NCBI RefSeq assembly: GCF_006345805.1
Contig: NC_043010.1
Location: 20,956,001 to 21,020,000 of the forward strand
Direction of reading: 5' to 3'
DNA length: 64,000 nucleotides
From: Octopus sinensis
Lineage: Eukaryota
Both the position numbers and the translations under genes were made by a program. Positions 28,463 to 42,111 of this stretch are shown piece after piece. The stretch's first letter is position 1. Each line of letters starts with the position of its first letter. Under the pieces are notes generated by a model. It worked only from the letters and a program-made list of their open reading frames with translations. It ran no database searches and had not been told where the DNA came from.

Positions 28463-31400
28463 TCTACCCTGGAGAGGACACTTCAGTGCTGCTGTAAAAA
28501 GCTGCAGAAACAACACGGGAGGTAACAGTCACGAGTGATAAGTCCATTCAGATTGGCGTAAAATATGGGCGCTACGGGTTACCTCTGACGGTGGGAGGGA
28601 CCTCCGTGTCCTATTGGTTAGCTACTGCCCACCTCAAGCTGGGTAGCCCCCAGTTAATAAGGTGCTGACCCGCCACAAGCTGCCTGCTCCATTGGGTGCT
28701 TGGAGCTAAGAGTATGACTCGAAAAGCGGCCTGCAACCTCTGCACCAGGCAAGCAACTAAAAGTCAAGAAAACACCAGTTCTGCGGTTGGCAAGCTGGAA
28801 TGTCAGGACCATGTGTCCTGGAATATCTGATGATCTTCTCAGGATTGAAGACACAAGGAAAACGGCCATCATTGACCGTGAACTAAAGAGGCTCAACATA
28901 GATATTGCTGGGCTGCAGGAGACAAGACTTCCCTCAAACGGCAAACTCAAAGAGCAGGATTTCACCTTCTTTTGGCAGGGAAGAGATCCAGAAGAACCTC
29001 GTCAACATGGCGTTGGCTTTGCAGTGAGAAACTCATTACTCCCCTCAATAGAACCACCATCGGGAGGCACTGAGAGTATCCTCTCACTGCGCCTCTCGAC
29101 CTCTTCTGGCTCAGTACATCTACTCAGCATCTATGCTCCCACTCTCTACAGCTCAGTGGAGACCAAGGACCAGTTCTACAAAGATCTCAACTGTGTCATA
29201 GAAAATATACCAACGACTGAAAATATCTACCTTCTAGGGGGTTTTAACGCTCGCGTGGGATCTGACCATGATTCGTGGCCCATTTGTGTTGGACACTTTG
29301 GCAACATGAATGACACTTTGGCAACATGAATGACAATGGTCAGAGACTACTCGAATTCTGCACATACCACAACCTGTGCATCACAAACACATTCTTTACC
29401 AACAAGCCATCCCACAAGGCATCCTGGAGACATCCAAGATCTCACCACTGGCATCAGTTGGATCTCATCATTACACGGAGATCCTTTCTGAATTCTACTC
29501 TATTGACCCGCAGTTACCACAGCGCGGATTGTGACACAGACCACTCACTAATTAGAAGCAGGGTGAGGATTCTGCCTAAAAAAGTCCATCGCTCCAAGAA
29601 AGTGGGCCGACCACGCATCAACACCGCCAGAACCTCGGACTTTACACTGCAAAAATGTTTTGCTGCTTCTATCAAGGTTGCCCTCAGTAGCTGCCCAACC
29701 TCCTCTGCTGAAGGTAGGTGGGACTATATCAGGGAGGCCTTGTATACGACATCATTGGATACTTTCGGCATGAGAGAAAGGCAAAACCCAGATTGGTTCA
29801 ATGCTGGGCTCTCAGAGCTGGAGCCAGTTATCGAAGCAAAGCGTGCAGCTCTGGTGCAATACAAGAGTGACTCTTCTACAAAGTCACTCGAAGAACTCAG
29901 AATGGCACGAAATAAAACCCAACTGACAGCCAGACGCTGTGCAAATAGGTATTGGCAGGAAATCTGTCAGAGTATCCAGTCAGCTGCTGACAGGGGCGAC
30001 ACCCGTGGGATGTATGCCGGTTTGAAGAAGGCCCTCGGTCCATCCGCAACCAAGTCAGCCCCTCTGAAATCAACTACTGGAGATCTCATCAGGGATCAAG
30101 GCAAGCAAATGGATAGATGGGTGGAGCACTACCAGGATCTCTACTCACGGGAGACCACAGTGGCTGAGGCTGCAGTCGAGAGTGTCAAGATCTTTCCAGT
30201 CATGTGCGAACTTGACAGTCCGCCATCTATAGCAGAGCTCATCAAGGCTGTTGACTCCCTAGCAAGAAATAAGGCTCCGGGAAAAGACGGCATCCCCTCA
30301 GAGATCATCAAAGCCGGCAAAAACACCATCCTGCTTCGGCACCTTCATGAGCTTCTGTGTCAGTGCTGGGAAGAGGGTACAGTCCCTCAGGATATGCGGG
30401 ATGCTAACATCATTACGCTTTACAAAAACAAAGGTGACCGTGGTTATTGTAACAATTATCGTGGTATATCCCTTCTAAGCACTGTTGGAAAGACCTTTGC
30501 CCGCGTTATCCTGGCCAGGCTACAACTACTTGCTTCTCGAATCTATCCGGAATCGCAGTGTGGCTTTAGAAGAAGCAGATCAACTATCGATATGATATTT
30601 TCCATACGCCAACTTCAGGAGAAGTCCAGAGAGCAGAAAATGCCATTATATATGGCCTTCATTGGTCTGACAAAGGCTTTTGACTCGGTAAGCAGAACAG
30701 GCCTCTTTATCCTGCTCCAAAAAATCGGATGTCCACCAAAGCTGCTGAGGATTATCAAGTCTTTCCATGATGACATGCAAGGCACCATACAGCACAACGG
30801 TTCAACATCAGCCGCCTTCCAAATAAAAAACGAGGTAAAGCAAGGTTGTGTCCTCGCTCCTACATTGTTTGGCATCTTCTTCTCGCTCTTACTTTCACAT
30901 GCCTTTCAGACATCAGATGATGGAGTGTTTCTGCACAGTAGAAGTGACAGGAAACTGTTCAATCTCTCGCGTCTGCGTGCCAAGACCAAAATCAGAAACG
31001 TCCTGATCAAGGAGATGTTATTTGCTGATGATGCCGCTCTGGTAACACACACAGAAGAAGCCCTCCAAAAGCTCATTAACTGTTTTGAGCAAGCATGTAA
31101 CGACTTTGGCTTAGCTATCAGCCTTAAGAAGACCAACATCATGGGCTAGGCTACATCGGACATCCCAAACATACATATTGGAGACCACAGATTACAAGAG
31201 GTGGAGAAGTTTACCTATCTGGGCTCTACCGTCACCTACAACCTATACCTTGATGCTGAGCTCAATATACGCATTGGCAAGGCAGCTGCTGCGATGGCCC
31301 AACTCTCCAAACGGGCTTGGGACAACAATAAGCTGACCAAGACCACGAAAATGAAGATCTACCAGGCATGTGTACTCAGCACTCTACTGTATGGAAGTGA

Positions 31401-32037
31401 GACCTGGACGCTATACACACGCCAAGAGCGTCGCCTAATCATCTTTCACCTGCGCTGCCTCCGAAAGATCCTCCGCATCAAATAGCAGAATCATATCCCC
31501 AACAAAGATGTCCTCAGGCAAGCAGGAATACCAAGCATGTTTGCACTCCTCACACAAAGACGTATGAGATGGCTTGGGCATGTTAGCCGTATGAAAGATG
31601 GCAGAATCCCCAAGGACATACTCTACGGAGAGCTTGCTAGGGGTACTAGGTCTGTGGGTAGACCGATCTTACGTTACAAGGATGTTTGCAAAAGGGACAT
31701 GAAGGCCTGCAACATCAATATTAGCGGTTGGGAGGCAGTTGCCGGCAACCGTGGAGAATGGCGACGTACCGTAAAAGAGGGAATACAAAGGAGTGACAGA
31801 GAGAGAGAGGAGAAATAGAAAGAAAGGAAGAGACGTTAACAAGAGACTATGGCACTACAACCAGCCAAGAACAGTCTTCGCTACATTTGCGGTACCTGCC
31901 AGAGGGAGTGTTTGTCCAGGATAGGACTACACAGCCACAGCAGGAAATGTATCAGGACATGGAATATAAAAGCCGGACTAGACTACTTCATGCGCAACTC
32001 CATTGTCTCCCGAGACAGAAAGAATGCCAACCAACCA
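28463..32037 (+). mobile_element. Near full-length RTE-clade (BovB-like) non-LTR retrotransposon, inactivated
   Basis: APE endonuclease (LASWNVRTM, GLQETR, SIYAPT, FNARVG, HWHQLDLIIT, DCDTDH), RT (NYRGISLL, QGCVLAP, LFADD), C-terminal CxxC...HSRKC finger and (CCAA)n tail. TSD ACCCATCCACA at 28452-28462 and 32038-32048. Confidence 0.95.
28787..31970 (+). pseudogene. RTE APE-endonuclease/reverse transcriptase ORF broken by a 20-bp duplication frameshift (29292-29331) and stops (31147-31149, 31483-31485, 31816-31818)
   Basis: ORF pieces 28787-29329, 29326-31149, 31201-31485, 31537-31818 and 31849 onward are collinear parts of one EN-RT protein. Confidence 0.93.
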
Positions 32038-32048
32038 ACCCATCCACA

Positions 32049-32494
32049 AACACAATCACGCATTCAGACACACACATACACACATTAAGACAGTTATATA
32101 CAGTCACACACACAGGTACTCATTCACAAAAGAAATCATTTAAACCCACCATTCTTTTGACCTGCACCCTCTCACCTTACTATTCTTATGCCTCCCTCCT
32201 CCTACTTCGTTTGAACTCTTGAACCTTTAGAAACTTCTAGATTCTTCTACATTCTGCCACTCTGACGTCACTCATTATAAAGAGACACTCATTATCGCCA
32301 TGGGCTCCTTGAGAGCAGTCAGCTAAAAGTTTTTTGTGCATTTTGATGCCGACATAAGTTCCTTGATTTTCCTGATGAGAAATCTGCATAATGTACTCCT
32401 TATTCCTTCGGAATTAGGAATATGCAGCCTTGGAAACATATGTCGAGAATAAAGGATATTTGTTAACTAGTCGTTCAACTCCATTCTTTCATAT
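32049..32494 (+). mobile_element. Distal part of the Penelope-like pseudo-LTR, separated from 28017-28462 by the RTE
   Basis: Direct continuation of the sequence seen uninterrupted in the inverted copy (26120-26570). Confidence 0.92.
32360..32456 (+). ncRNA. Minimal type-I hammerhead ribozyme, second pLTR copy
   Basis: CTGATGA 32372-32378, GAAA 32433-32436, GTC 32442-32444. C>G change at the stem II closing base relative to the 26.2-kb copy. Confidence 0.83.
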
Positions 32495-32875
32495 GGGAAG
32501 CACTCCGTCGGTTACGACGACGAGGGTTCCGGTTGATCCGATCAACGGAACAGCCTGCTCGTGAAATTAACGTGTAAGTGGCTGAGCACTCCACAGACAC
32601 GTGTACCCTTAACGTAGTTCTCGGGGATATTCAGCGTGACACAGAGAGTGACAAGGCCGGCCCTTTGAAATACAGGTACAACAGAAACAGGAAGTAAGAG
32701 TGAGAGAAAGTTGTGGTGAAAGAGTACATCAGGGATCACCACCATCCCTGCCGGAGCGTCGTGGAGCTTTAGGTGTTTTCGCTCAATAAACACTCACAAC
32801 GCCCGGTCTGGGAATCGAAACCGCGATCCTACGACCGCGAATCCGCTGCCCTAACCACTGGGCCATTGCGCTCAA
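32495..32875 (-). mobile_element. tRNA-derived SINE, family C, complete with TSD
   Basis: Head on minus strand TGGCCCAGTGGTTAGG...GTTTCGATTCCC; 13-bp TSD CATTCTTTCATAT at 32482-32494 and 32876-32888. Confidence 0.88.
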
Positions 32876-32900
32876 CATTCTTTCATATACTTTTATATAT

Positions 32901-32954
<54 letters not shown>

Positions 32955-32956
32955 TA

Positions 32957-33039
<83 letters not shown>

Positions 33040-33084
33040 ATATATATGTATATATATATATATATATGTATATATCTGTGTATA

Positions 33085-33290
33085 TGTGTGTGTCTTAGTG
33101 TTTGCGATTGCCCCCACCCACCCGCACGCCCATTCATGCTTGAAAATCGATGTTTGTTTGTTTACGTTCCCGGGTAACTTAATGCTTGGGCAAAAGAGAA
33201 CCGATAAATTAAGTACCAGGTTTTAACAAGAAAGTAGTCCAGGCGCTCCAGCATGACTGCAATGCAAAGACTAAAACGTGTAAAAGATAG
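33085..33290 (+). mobile_element. SINE family B, 3' half
   Basis: Tail motifs GGCAAAAGAGAACCGATAAATTAAGTACCAGG..GCTCCAGCATG. Confidence 0.6.
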
Positions 33291-34274
33291 GTTCGCATGA
33301 CCGTGTTTGACCTAGGGCTAAACATCACCAGCAACAACAGACTTTTATAGTTTCACTCGAGAACTAAACGCTTCCATTGCAATTTCATTTCTTTTTCGCC
33401 TCCATTAAACTTTCCCGTCTACTTTTTTACAGTCGTACTATCAAAATGGCAATAATTGAAAAATGAAGACCATTTTCACTATCCCTTCTTCTTTCTCCCT
33501 CCCTCCCTCTCTCCCTCCCTTTCTCTCCCTCCCCTTCTCTCTCTCTCTCTCGCTTTCTCGTTGTTCTCTAAGAGCTTCTTGCTCGTCGTTTCTGCCGCAG
33601 TAGACAAAAACCTGCACATACCTATGCAGCTAAGAAGTTCCCTTAGCAACCATAAAGCTCTGGATTTCATCTCATTATGCGCTACTTTGAGCAAGAGTTT
33701 TATTCTGTAGCCAAAAGACTGACCAGTGTATTGGGGCAAGAAAATTGGGCAGTCATCCGTCGCACATGCATACATATGTATCTACGTAGGTACGTACGTA
33801 TGTATGTATGTATGTATGTATGTATGTAGTATGTATGTATGTATGTATGTATGTATGTATGTATATATGTACGTACGTATGTATATATGTAGGTATGAGT
33901 TCTCTTTCTCTTCTTAATTTAGAATAAGTTTTTGAACGGTCACCTAATTGGTAGCAAGGTTGTGAAGGAAAGCATCTTGATTTAACCGTCATCCTTTAAC
34001 TCTTAAGAAAATCTTGCAGATGTCTATAGTTCGAGATATCGTGATTATTGTGAGTATGTATGTATGTATGTATCTATGTGTGTATGGGGATGGCCAGATT
34101 GGAGCAATCTCAAGAATAATCAGCCGAAATTGCGAGGATAATCTGGTACTTGACTGAGGAAAGAAAACTTCAAATGACCCGCCCTTGTTTTCTTTGTATC
34201 GTCTATTTGGATGTTTTGTTGTCTCTTTTTGTATCACCTAGCTGTTCGGATGTTTTGCGCTCTTGTCCCTTTTG

Positions 34275-34317
<43 letters not shown>

Positions 34318-34978
34318 CGGCGTACGTACACTTGGGTCTCTTATATGTATGTATGTCAGGTCACTTTCGAGTGCTACTGGTAACATGTAACCCAGTACAA
34401 CCTGTTGCATGGCTGGGCCGTCGGCGACTAAAACGGCAACCCCACCAAGCTTGCTTGGTGAGGAGGGTGTTTATTGGACACCATGCGGGATGAAAAACAA
34501 AAACCGTCAAAGGGCGGAGGAAGTCTTGAGAGTCAACGGCCATCCAATGTGTAATTTTTTTCTCTTAAGGCTTAAGGCTGTATCATGCACGGGGACATAG
34601 AAATAATCGGACTGAATACCCGATCGCACTGTTAAACCGTTGGGAGTGAAGGACTCCTAGCCTTTGTTAGGGCATCCTTCTAGAAGGTAACTCAGGTAAC
34701 TGGGATAACTCCGACATAAAACCTGCGGCTCAGTGGTTACCGATGATGTTGACCTGTTCTTCTTTTCGGATTATGGCTGCTGTTGCTTAGTGAGTGGGAT
34801 TGACTCAGTGCACAGCCTTTCCTCACTTAAAAAAAATATCTTTTTGCACAGGCATTGCACGATAACAACATTGATTAAGCTTCGTGCAATGGCCATACTC
34901 AATAACGAGGGGGCAGCCACCATGTATGCATGTGTGTATGTGTGTATGTATGTATGTATGTATGTATGTATGTATATA

Positions 34979-35766
34979 TAGGCAAACACTATCTGAAAGA
35001 GATCTTCTTTAAGTATTAGAAATAGCTGAAGAAATTTCTTTAGCTGCTATTTCTAATGAGTTCAGTATGTGGCAAAGTAATTTATTTTACTAAGCCCTTA
35101 TACATAATGTAATATTTTGAATTCGCCTAAAATGGTCCCTTTACATACTGAATACTTGGTGAAATTGATTAATAATTTATTAATTTTACCCTCAATTGTT
35201 GAAATTATAATTCATCTTTCTCTGTTAAATGCTGCGGTTTTCACCGTTAATACATGGTGTTTGTCAATTTTAACCCACGCTGGTGGAAAGGGGAGAGCAG
35301 AAATTCTTCGCTTGCATATTCGAATTTGGTAGCACTTTTAGTTCGAGCAGAATTCTAGAAGTGATAAGAAGCCGAAAGGGTATGCTCCCAACTTTCAGTG
35401 TTCCGAAATCCGATTCAAGGAATTCTGAGCTGACGAAAGAAATGTCGAATTGACTAATCTAGAAACGTACGTTCTCAAATAACCTTTGCACTTGATTTTT
35501 TAATGTTTTTTCCCCCATACCTTTGTGAGTTGGTTTAGGCAAACACTATCTGAGAGAGATCTTCTTTAAGTATTAGAAATAGCTGAAGAAATTTCTTTAG
35601 CTGCTATTTCTAATGAGTTCAGTATGTGGCAAAGTAATTTATTTTACTAAGCCCTTATACATAATGTAATATTTTGAATTCGCCTAAAATGGTCCCTTTA
35701 CATACTGAATACTTGGTGAAATTGATTAATAATTAATTACTTTTACCCTCAATTGTTGAAATTATA
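34979..35766 (+). repeat. Partial tandem: 557-bp unit plus about 230-bp near-identical repeat of its start
   Basis: 34979-35209 repeated at 35536-35766; a more diverged third fragment at about 35930-36025. Confidence 0.9.
35426..35477 (+). ncRNA. Minimal type-I hammerhead; core intact, stem II eroded
   Basis: TGAG-CTGACGA(35430-35436)-AAGAAATGTCGAATTGACTAATCTA-GAAAC-GTAC-GTT-CTCA; palindromic ACGTACGT. Confidence 0.68.
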
Positions 35767-35768
35767 TA

Positions 35769-35839
<71 letters not shown>

Positions 35840-35919
35840 TTATAATAAGGGTTAAATGCAACAAGTTGCTCAAAACCACATACTTGGAGCAACTTGTTGC
35901 ATTTAACCCTTTATTATAA
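35840..35919. repeat. 80-bp hairpin with 32/33-bp arms and 15-nt loop
   Basis: TTATAATAAGGGTTAAATGCAACAAGTTGCTC / GAGCAACTTGTTGCATTTAACCCTTTATTATAA. Confidence 0.9.
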
Positions 35920-36061
35920 TTATTATAACCCTTACCAAATATGGTCTTTTCCATACCGACAAATCTACTAGGTGAAATTGATTAATTTTATTAAATTAAT
36001 TATATTCCACCCTTTATTGAATACTATATATATACATATATATATATACATGTATATATAT

Positions 36062-36179
<118 letters not shown>

Positions 36180-37269
36180 ATATAGCGGCGTACGTACACT
36201 TGGGTCTCTTATATGTACGTATGTATGTATGTATGTATGTATTTATGTATGTATGTATGTATGTATGCATGCATACATAGATGTATGTATGTATGCATGT
36301 ATGTATGTATGTTTGTATGTATATGTGCGCATTTGTGTGTGTCATCTGTGCTTATATTTCTATCGGTTTAAAAAAAAACGGTGTCTTTTACATTGTCTCG
36401 CTTTATGTTCTGCTGTTACTTAACAGTTCGACAAACATTATCAGATAAAATAAATCCCAAGGTGAAAATAAGTCTCAGGTTCATCACAATCAACTGGACT
36501 TCGATGGCGGTGCCTTAGGATGGCTGCAGCCCAATGACTGAAAAACCAGTGAAAGCATAACGATCACCAAAAACAACCGATCGCCAAAGACACTAAAACA
36601 CAAAGAACTCTTGTTATAGATTCTTCCTTGGACGCCAGCAGATTAATCATGTTTGTCAAGTCAAAGAAGTCGCATGTAATTGAAGTAGTTGTATTTTATT
36701 TTGACCCAAATCAAACTTTACTATTTTTCGATTTTTTTTTCTTTTAGTGTGTGTTCGCCCCACTTCCTTTTCTACTAATTGCAGAGCACATACCTAAATT
36801 ATAGAGAAACCAAAAGATCAAAGAGATTAAAGAATCCGACAAAATAAAACCGTCAAAGAGGACAAGTTATAGATTGTAGAATCTCATTGGATATTCTCCT
36901 TTATAGTTTTGTCCGAGACATATTGATTATTTGGCATATTGGTATATCTTAATTACAACACGAAATAGTTTTTTCTTTCTCTCGTAATTGTTCGCTATTG
37001 CTGTGGGGCAAGTTGATAACGAGCAGTTCCTCCCTGTTGGCTACTTTAAATTTACTTAAACTGCACGAAGACCTAACGATACAACAGGAAAATCTGAAAG
37101 GCATACACCAAGTGAAAAATATCTTAGAATAATAAATGTCTTAATATAGTCACGTGGCTGTTTTAATTTGAAGAGAGCAATGGTCTAGAATCGACTGAAT
37201 CGAAACTAGTGTATTACTGGTACGCACTTCGTTGATACTGGTCGTGGTAATTGCTAGAAACATAAGGCC

Positions 37270-37605
37270 GAAGTTTGCTTCTCGACTACATTATTCCGGG
37301 TTCAGTCCCGCTGCGTGGGACCTTGGGCAAGTGTCTTCTACGATAGCCTCGAGCCGACCATAGCCTTGTGAGTAGATTTGATTGTGTGTGTGCGTATGCG
37401 TGTGTCATTGTGCTTGTTTGTTCACCACCACCGCTTGAAAACTGGTGTTGGTGTGTTCACGTCCTCGTTACTTGAAACTCGGCCAAAGTGACTGAAAGAA
37501 TAAGTACCAGGCTTTACAAAAAAAAAAGAAAAAGAAAACCGTTCGACCAAAATTCTTAAAGTCGATGCCCCAACATGGCCGCAGGCTGAAACAAGTAAAA
37601 CATAC
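37270..37605 (+). mobile_element. SINE family B
   Basis: TTCCGGGTTCAGTCCCGCTGCGTGGGACCTTGGGCAAGTGTCTTCTAC core and tail. Confidence 0.8.
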
Positions 37606-37652
37606 AAAAAGGGATCTTCTGTTAATATACAAATACACAAAAGAACTCAAAT

Positions 37653-37708
<56 letters not shown>

Positions 37709-38274
37709 GTAGCTAGAAATAGTAGCACAAGAAAGAAATATAAAGGCCAGTAGTTTTATCAATGAAATACCCTTATTTAATGTATCCACACTTTCCCCAA
37801 ATTGCTGGCTTTGTGCCAAATTTTGAAGTCGTTATTATAAATGTGGATGCTGTGAAAGACCCAAGCATGTTTTCGGAGAGGTGGTCGCTTCTTTTGCTTT
37901 CAGGGATATATAACTTGTGGACTATTTTCTAACAGCGAAAAACATTTTCCTAAAACATTAAATACAGCAGCAAATTTCGAAAGCAAAACTCAACAAAAAT
38001 GATATGGAAGACAGGTTGTCTCCCTTGCAGTGGAAACTATTTCCTTAGTTTGATGATGTACAAAGAAGGACCGAACGTCAAACAACAACAACATCAACAA
38101 CAAAAACATAACATAACATATCAGATAAAAACAACAGTAGGCAAAAACCACCGCTGCTGCCGTCGCCAAGGATACAACCACTACTATCACTGACAATAAT
38201 TAATAGCACGACCAGTAACGACAACAACAACAACTACTACTACAACTACTACTACAACTACTACTACAACTACA

Positions 38275-38313
<39 letters not shown>

Positions 38314-38762
38314 GCCACCGCTGTTGCTGCTGCTGATGTCGCTTCCAGACCGATAACTCACCAATGGGGTCAAACATGCAGTAGTCATCTTAAATCTTGT
38401 CACATGTCCTGTTATTCTGCGCTCAGTTGCCTGAAAAGTGAGGTTCGTCCCACGAGCTAACGAAACCTAAAGTTGCATGGAGCTGTGTGAAACAGTTATT
38501 AAGATAATATATACCTATGTAGATATGTTTACATGTATGTGTTGATATGTGAATAAAACAGTGTGTTTGGCAGTGCATATTCTACTGGTATAAAATGTAC
38601 GTAAGAGTGTATATATACATGCATGTATGCATGTGTGTATGTGGGCATGTATGAATGCATGTATGTACGGATGTAAACACGTATGTATGCATGTACATAT
38701 GCATACATGCATATGCTTGCATGCTAGCTGCATCGGCTATATACAAACTCATAATCTTTTCT

Positions 38763-38915
38763 ACTATAGGCACAGGGCCTGAAATTTGAGGGGAGGGGGC
38801 TAGCCGATCACATCGACCCCAGTGTGTAACTGGAACTTATTTCATAGAGCCCCTAAAGGATGAAAGGCAAATTCAACCTCGGTGGAATTTGAACTCAGAG
38901 CGTAAGGGCGGACAA
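38763..38915 (-). mobile_element. SINE family A
   Basis: AAAGGATGAAAGGCAAATTCAACCTCGGTGGAATTTGAACTCAGA core. Confidence 0.75.
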
Positions 38916-40188
38916 ACGAAGGAAAACGCCAGCTAAATTGTTGGTTGGTTATCCCGAAACCAACACCACACGTTGCTCCTCTAGTCAGCTATTGCTATTA
39001 ATTCTTACAATATCTAGATTTTAGACTTCTTAAAGAATATACCTGGTAAGAGACATACCCTATAACTAACAACACGGAAAAACCCGACTATATACTATCG
39101 GGCTTTGTCTGTCTTACGCCATCAAATACATTGAAGAATCTTCCCCTTAAGAACGCCAGAATTGTGCTTTAGACCAATACATCAAATGGAATATATTTCT
39201 TGAGTAAAATACCAAAAAATACGAAATATAAACTAAAGCAAACAAAAATCCTATTGAACGAGAAGCTAAAGCAACACAAAACCTGGATATCTTTATTTCT
39301 TTTTAATTAGTGCAAGTTTAAAATTTTTAAGATATAAATTTGTTTGTTTCATTTTTCTGTATTCGCTAAATATTAATCATCGTAAGGTTAAAATTTCAAC
39401 AAATTTCGATTGGACAAAATTTTGTTTTTGTTTTTCTGTTTCTTGTTTGTTTGTTTCATTCAGTTTAGAAGTATTCAGTAGAGTGTAATGAGTTTTAAAG
39501 TTCAAAATGATTTGAGCAAAATAATTTTATTTTACGTTAAGAAAAATAAAAACAACAAAAAAAGAACGTAAACAAACAAAGACTAAAAACAGAAAATGCA
39601 GCTAATAGGTTTCCGACTGGTATGCAACTCACTCATTAATCATGTCTTCAAGAGAGGAAAACCAAGAAAATGAAAAAGGGGGAGGAGAGGGAAAAAGGAT
39701 GAGAAAGAGAAAGAGAGAGATAGAGAGAGAGGGAGAGAGAAGTGCTCCCCGTGTTTAAAATTAATATTTATGGTCCAAGTCAAATTATTTGCCAACGTTT
39801 CAAAAATACAAATAAATATATTTGGGCAGCTCTGAAATTGTCAATTATAGATTAGCATATCTCGTCATTGAAATATCAAACTATATTATAGCAAATAATT
39901 ATTTCACGTCCCCCCCCGGCTTACTTTCGTTGTCTCTCTTATCTTTTACCACTCTCGCTCTCACTCAATGCCCACATACTCTCTCTCTCTTTCTGTGTCT
40001 ATCTTTCTAGGTTATAACCTCGAAACGTAGACACATAGCCGAGGAATATACATACATACATACATACATACATACATACATACACATATATTTATAAATA
40101 TATAAACGCATATAGGCACACAAATATAAATACGTATACGAACACACACTTCCATATATATACATATACATACATATATATATACATA

Positions 40189-40220
<32 letters not shown>

Positions 40221-40309
40221 AGACTAGATTTAATAACTCCTAAGACAGCAGTGAGTTATTACAACATAGTTTAAACGGCGCCTATTTTAAGATAAAAATT
40301 ATATCTCCG

Positions 40310-40367
<58 letters not shown>

Positions 40368-40866
40368 CGTGATAACCTCTGATGAGTAGATAGGATTTGA
40401 TATCAGAATTAAGGATCCATATCAACAAAACTCTATTTTTATATCTTCAATCACAAAACTACGATTACTTACAAAAGATTTTGTTAATCTCCATTATTTG
40501 CGAATTGATTACTATGACATTACAAGTGTGTTCTATACTCTTCTCTGTGTTTCTGTTTATGAGTGCATTCGTACATACATACATACATACATATACACAT
40601 ACGTACGTACATACAGACGCGCGTATGTGTTTTTATGTCAAGTTATATATGAAAGTAATTTAACATTAAAGTGTATTTTTGTGGGAATTGAATTTTCATT
40701 TTCTTCTTGCTGCCAAAGACTGCATCCCTGCTGAAACATCCTTGTTCGTGTGATTGCAATTATATTTTCTTTCACTTGCACAAGACTTCCTTCGTGTTTG
40801 ATCGTGGAGAATTGGATACAGCTGCCGTTATTTGCTATTCGTGCCGTGGTATCCCAGATACCTTTG

Positions 40867-41092
40867 AAGGCGGCGAGCTGGCAGAATCGTTAGCACGTTG
40901 GGCGAAATGCTTAGCGGTATTTCAGCTGCCGTTACGTTGTGAGTTCAAAATCCGCCCAGGTCGACTTTGCCTTTTATCCTTTCGGGGTCGATAAATTAAG
41001 TACCAGTTACGCACTGGGGTTGATGTAACCGACTTAATACCTATGTTTGTCCCCTCTATGTTTAGCCCCTTGTGGGTAATAAAGAAATAGGT
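40867..41092 (+). mobile_element. SINE family A
   Basis: Complete head plus core. Confidence 0.85.
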
Positions 41093-41404
41093 ATCTCAGA
41101 TAAAAGATTTTCTGTGTTTTTTTTCGAACACATGTACATCTACGTCTCGTAGACCTTTGTTGTTTAGGGGCAGCACACTGAAATACGGAGGCTGTTGCAA
41201 TTCTGGATTCTTACACTACATGGAGTCAGACCTGTGGTACTACGTAGTGGCGTTTGGTTTGGGATTGGTATAGATTTCACTGAGCGACAACCTCAGCGAC
41301 TAAAAATGATTGGCTCTGCAAGAGTTACTGCTTTTATCACTATCGTTGAAATTACTTGTTAGACTGTTTGAAATGTTATTGCTATTAGTTGCTCATTAAT
41401 ATTC

Positions 41405-41785
41405 TTTTACGCGTTTCAGTCATTTGACTGCGGCCATGCTGGAGCACCGCCTTTATTTGAACAAATCGACCCCAAGACTTATACTTTGTAAGCCCAGTGC
41501 TTACTGTATCGGAGTCTTTTACCGAACCGTAAGTTACGAGGACGTAAACACACCAACATCGGTTGTAAAGAGATAGTGAAGGGACAAACACAGACACATT
41601 AGTACATACACACATACACACATACACACGCACACACGCACACACACATATGTATATATATACGACAGGCTTCTTTCAGTTTCCGTCTTCCAGATCCACT
41701 CACAAGGCACTTGCCCAAGGTGCCCCGCAGTGAGACTGAACCCGTGACCATGTGGTTAGGAAGCAAGCTTCTTACTACACAACCA
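41405..41785 (-). mobile_element. SINE family B
   Basis: Reverse-complement core and tail. Confidence 0.82.
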
Positions 41786-42111
41786 CCTTTCACTATTTCC
41801 TTTTGGTCATTCAGTTGCGTAATATATTTTTGTCTCTCTCGTTTGTATTGCAGTATGGTATATTGTGCTGTGTTTTTGTGCTGGCAGACATTTTAAATAT
41901 GAAGTGTAGCCAATATGGGGAAGAAAATAAAGTACAGCTTGAAAAGAAATACCTTTTTCTCTACCCCTGGATATAAAGGGGAAACCGTCTTTAGATAATT
42001 AAAATCCTCTTGGGCAAATAGAATTATAAAGAAATTTTTCATTTGCTAATACTTGGAAAGAGTCTGGCAACTGAGAAAGAAGTATAAAAGAAAAGTGCGC
42101 TTCAACAAATA

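Noticed and set aside
40375-40470. CTGATGAG followed by a hairpin
   Set aside because: No GAAA and no stem I partner at the expected place.
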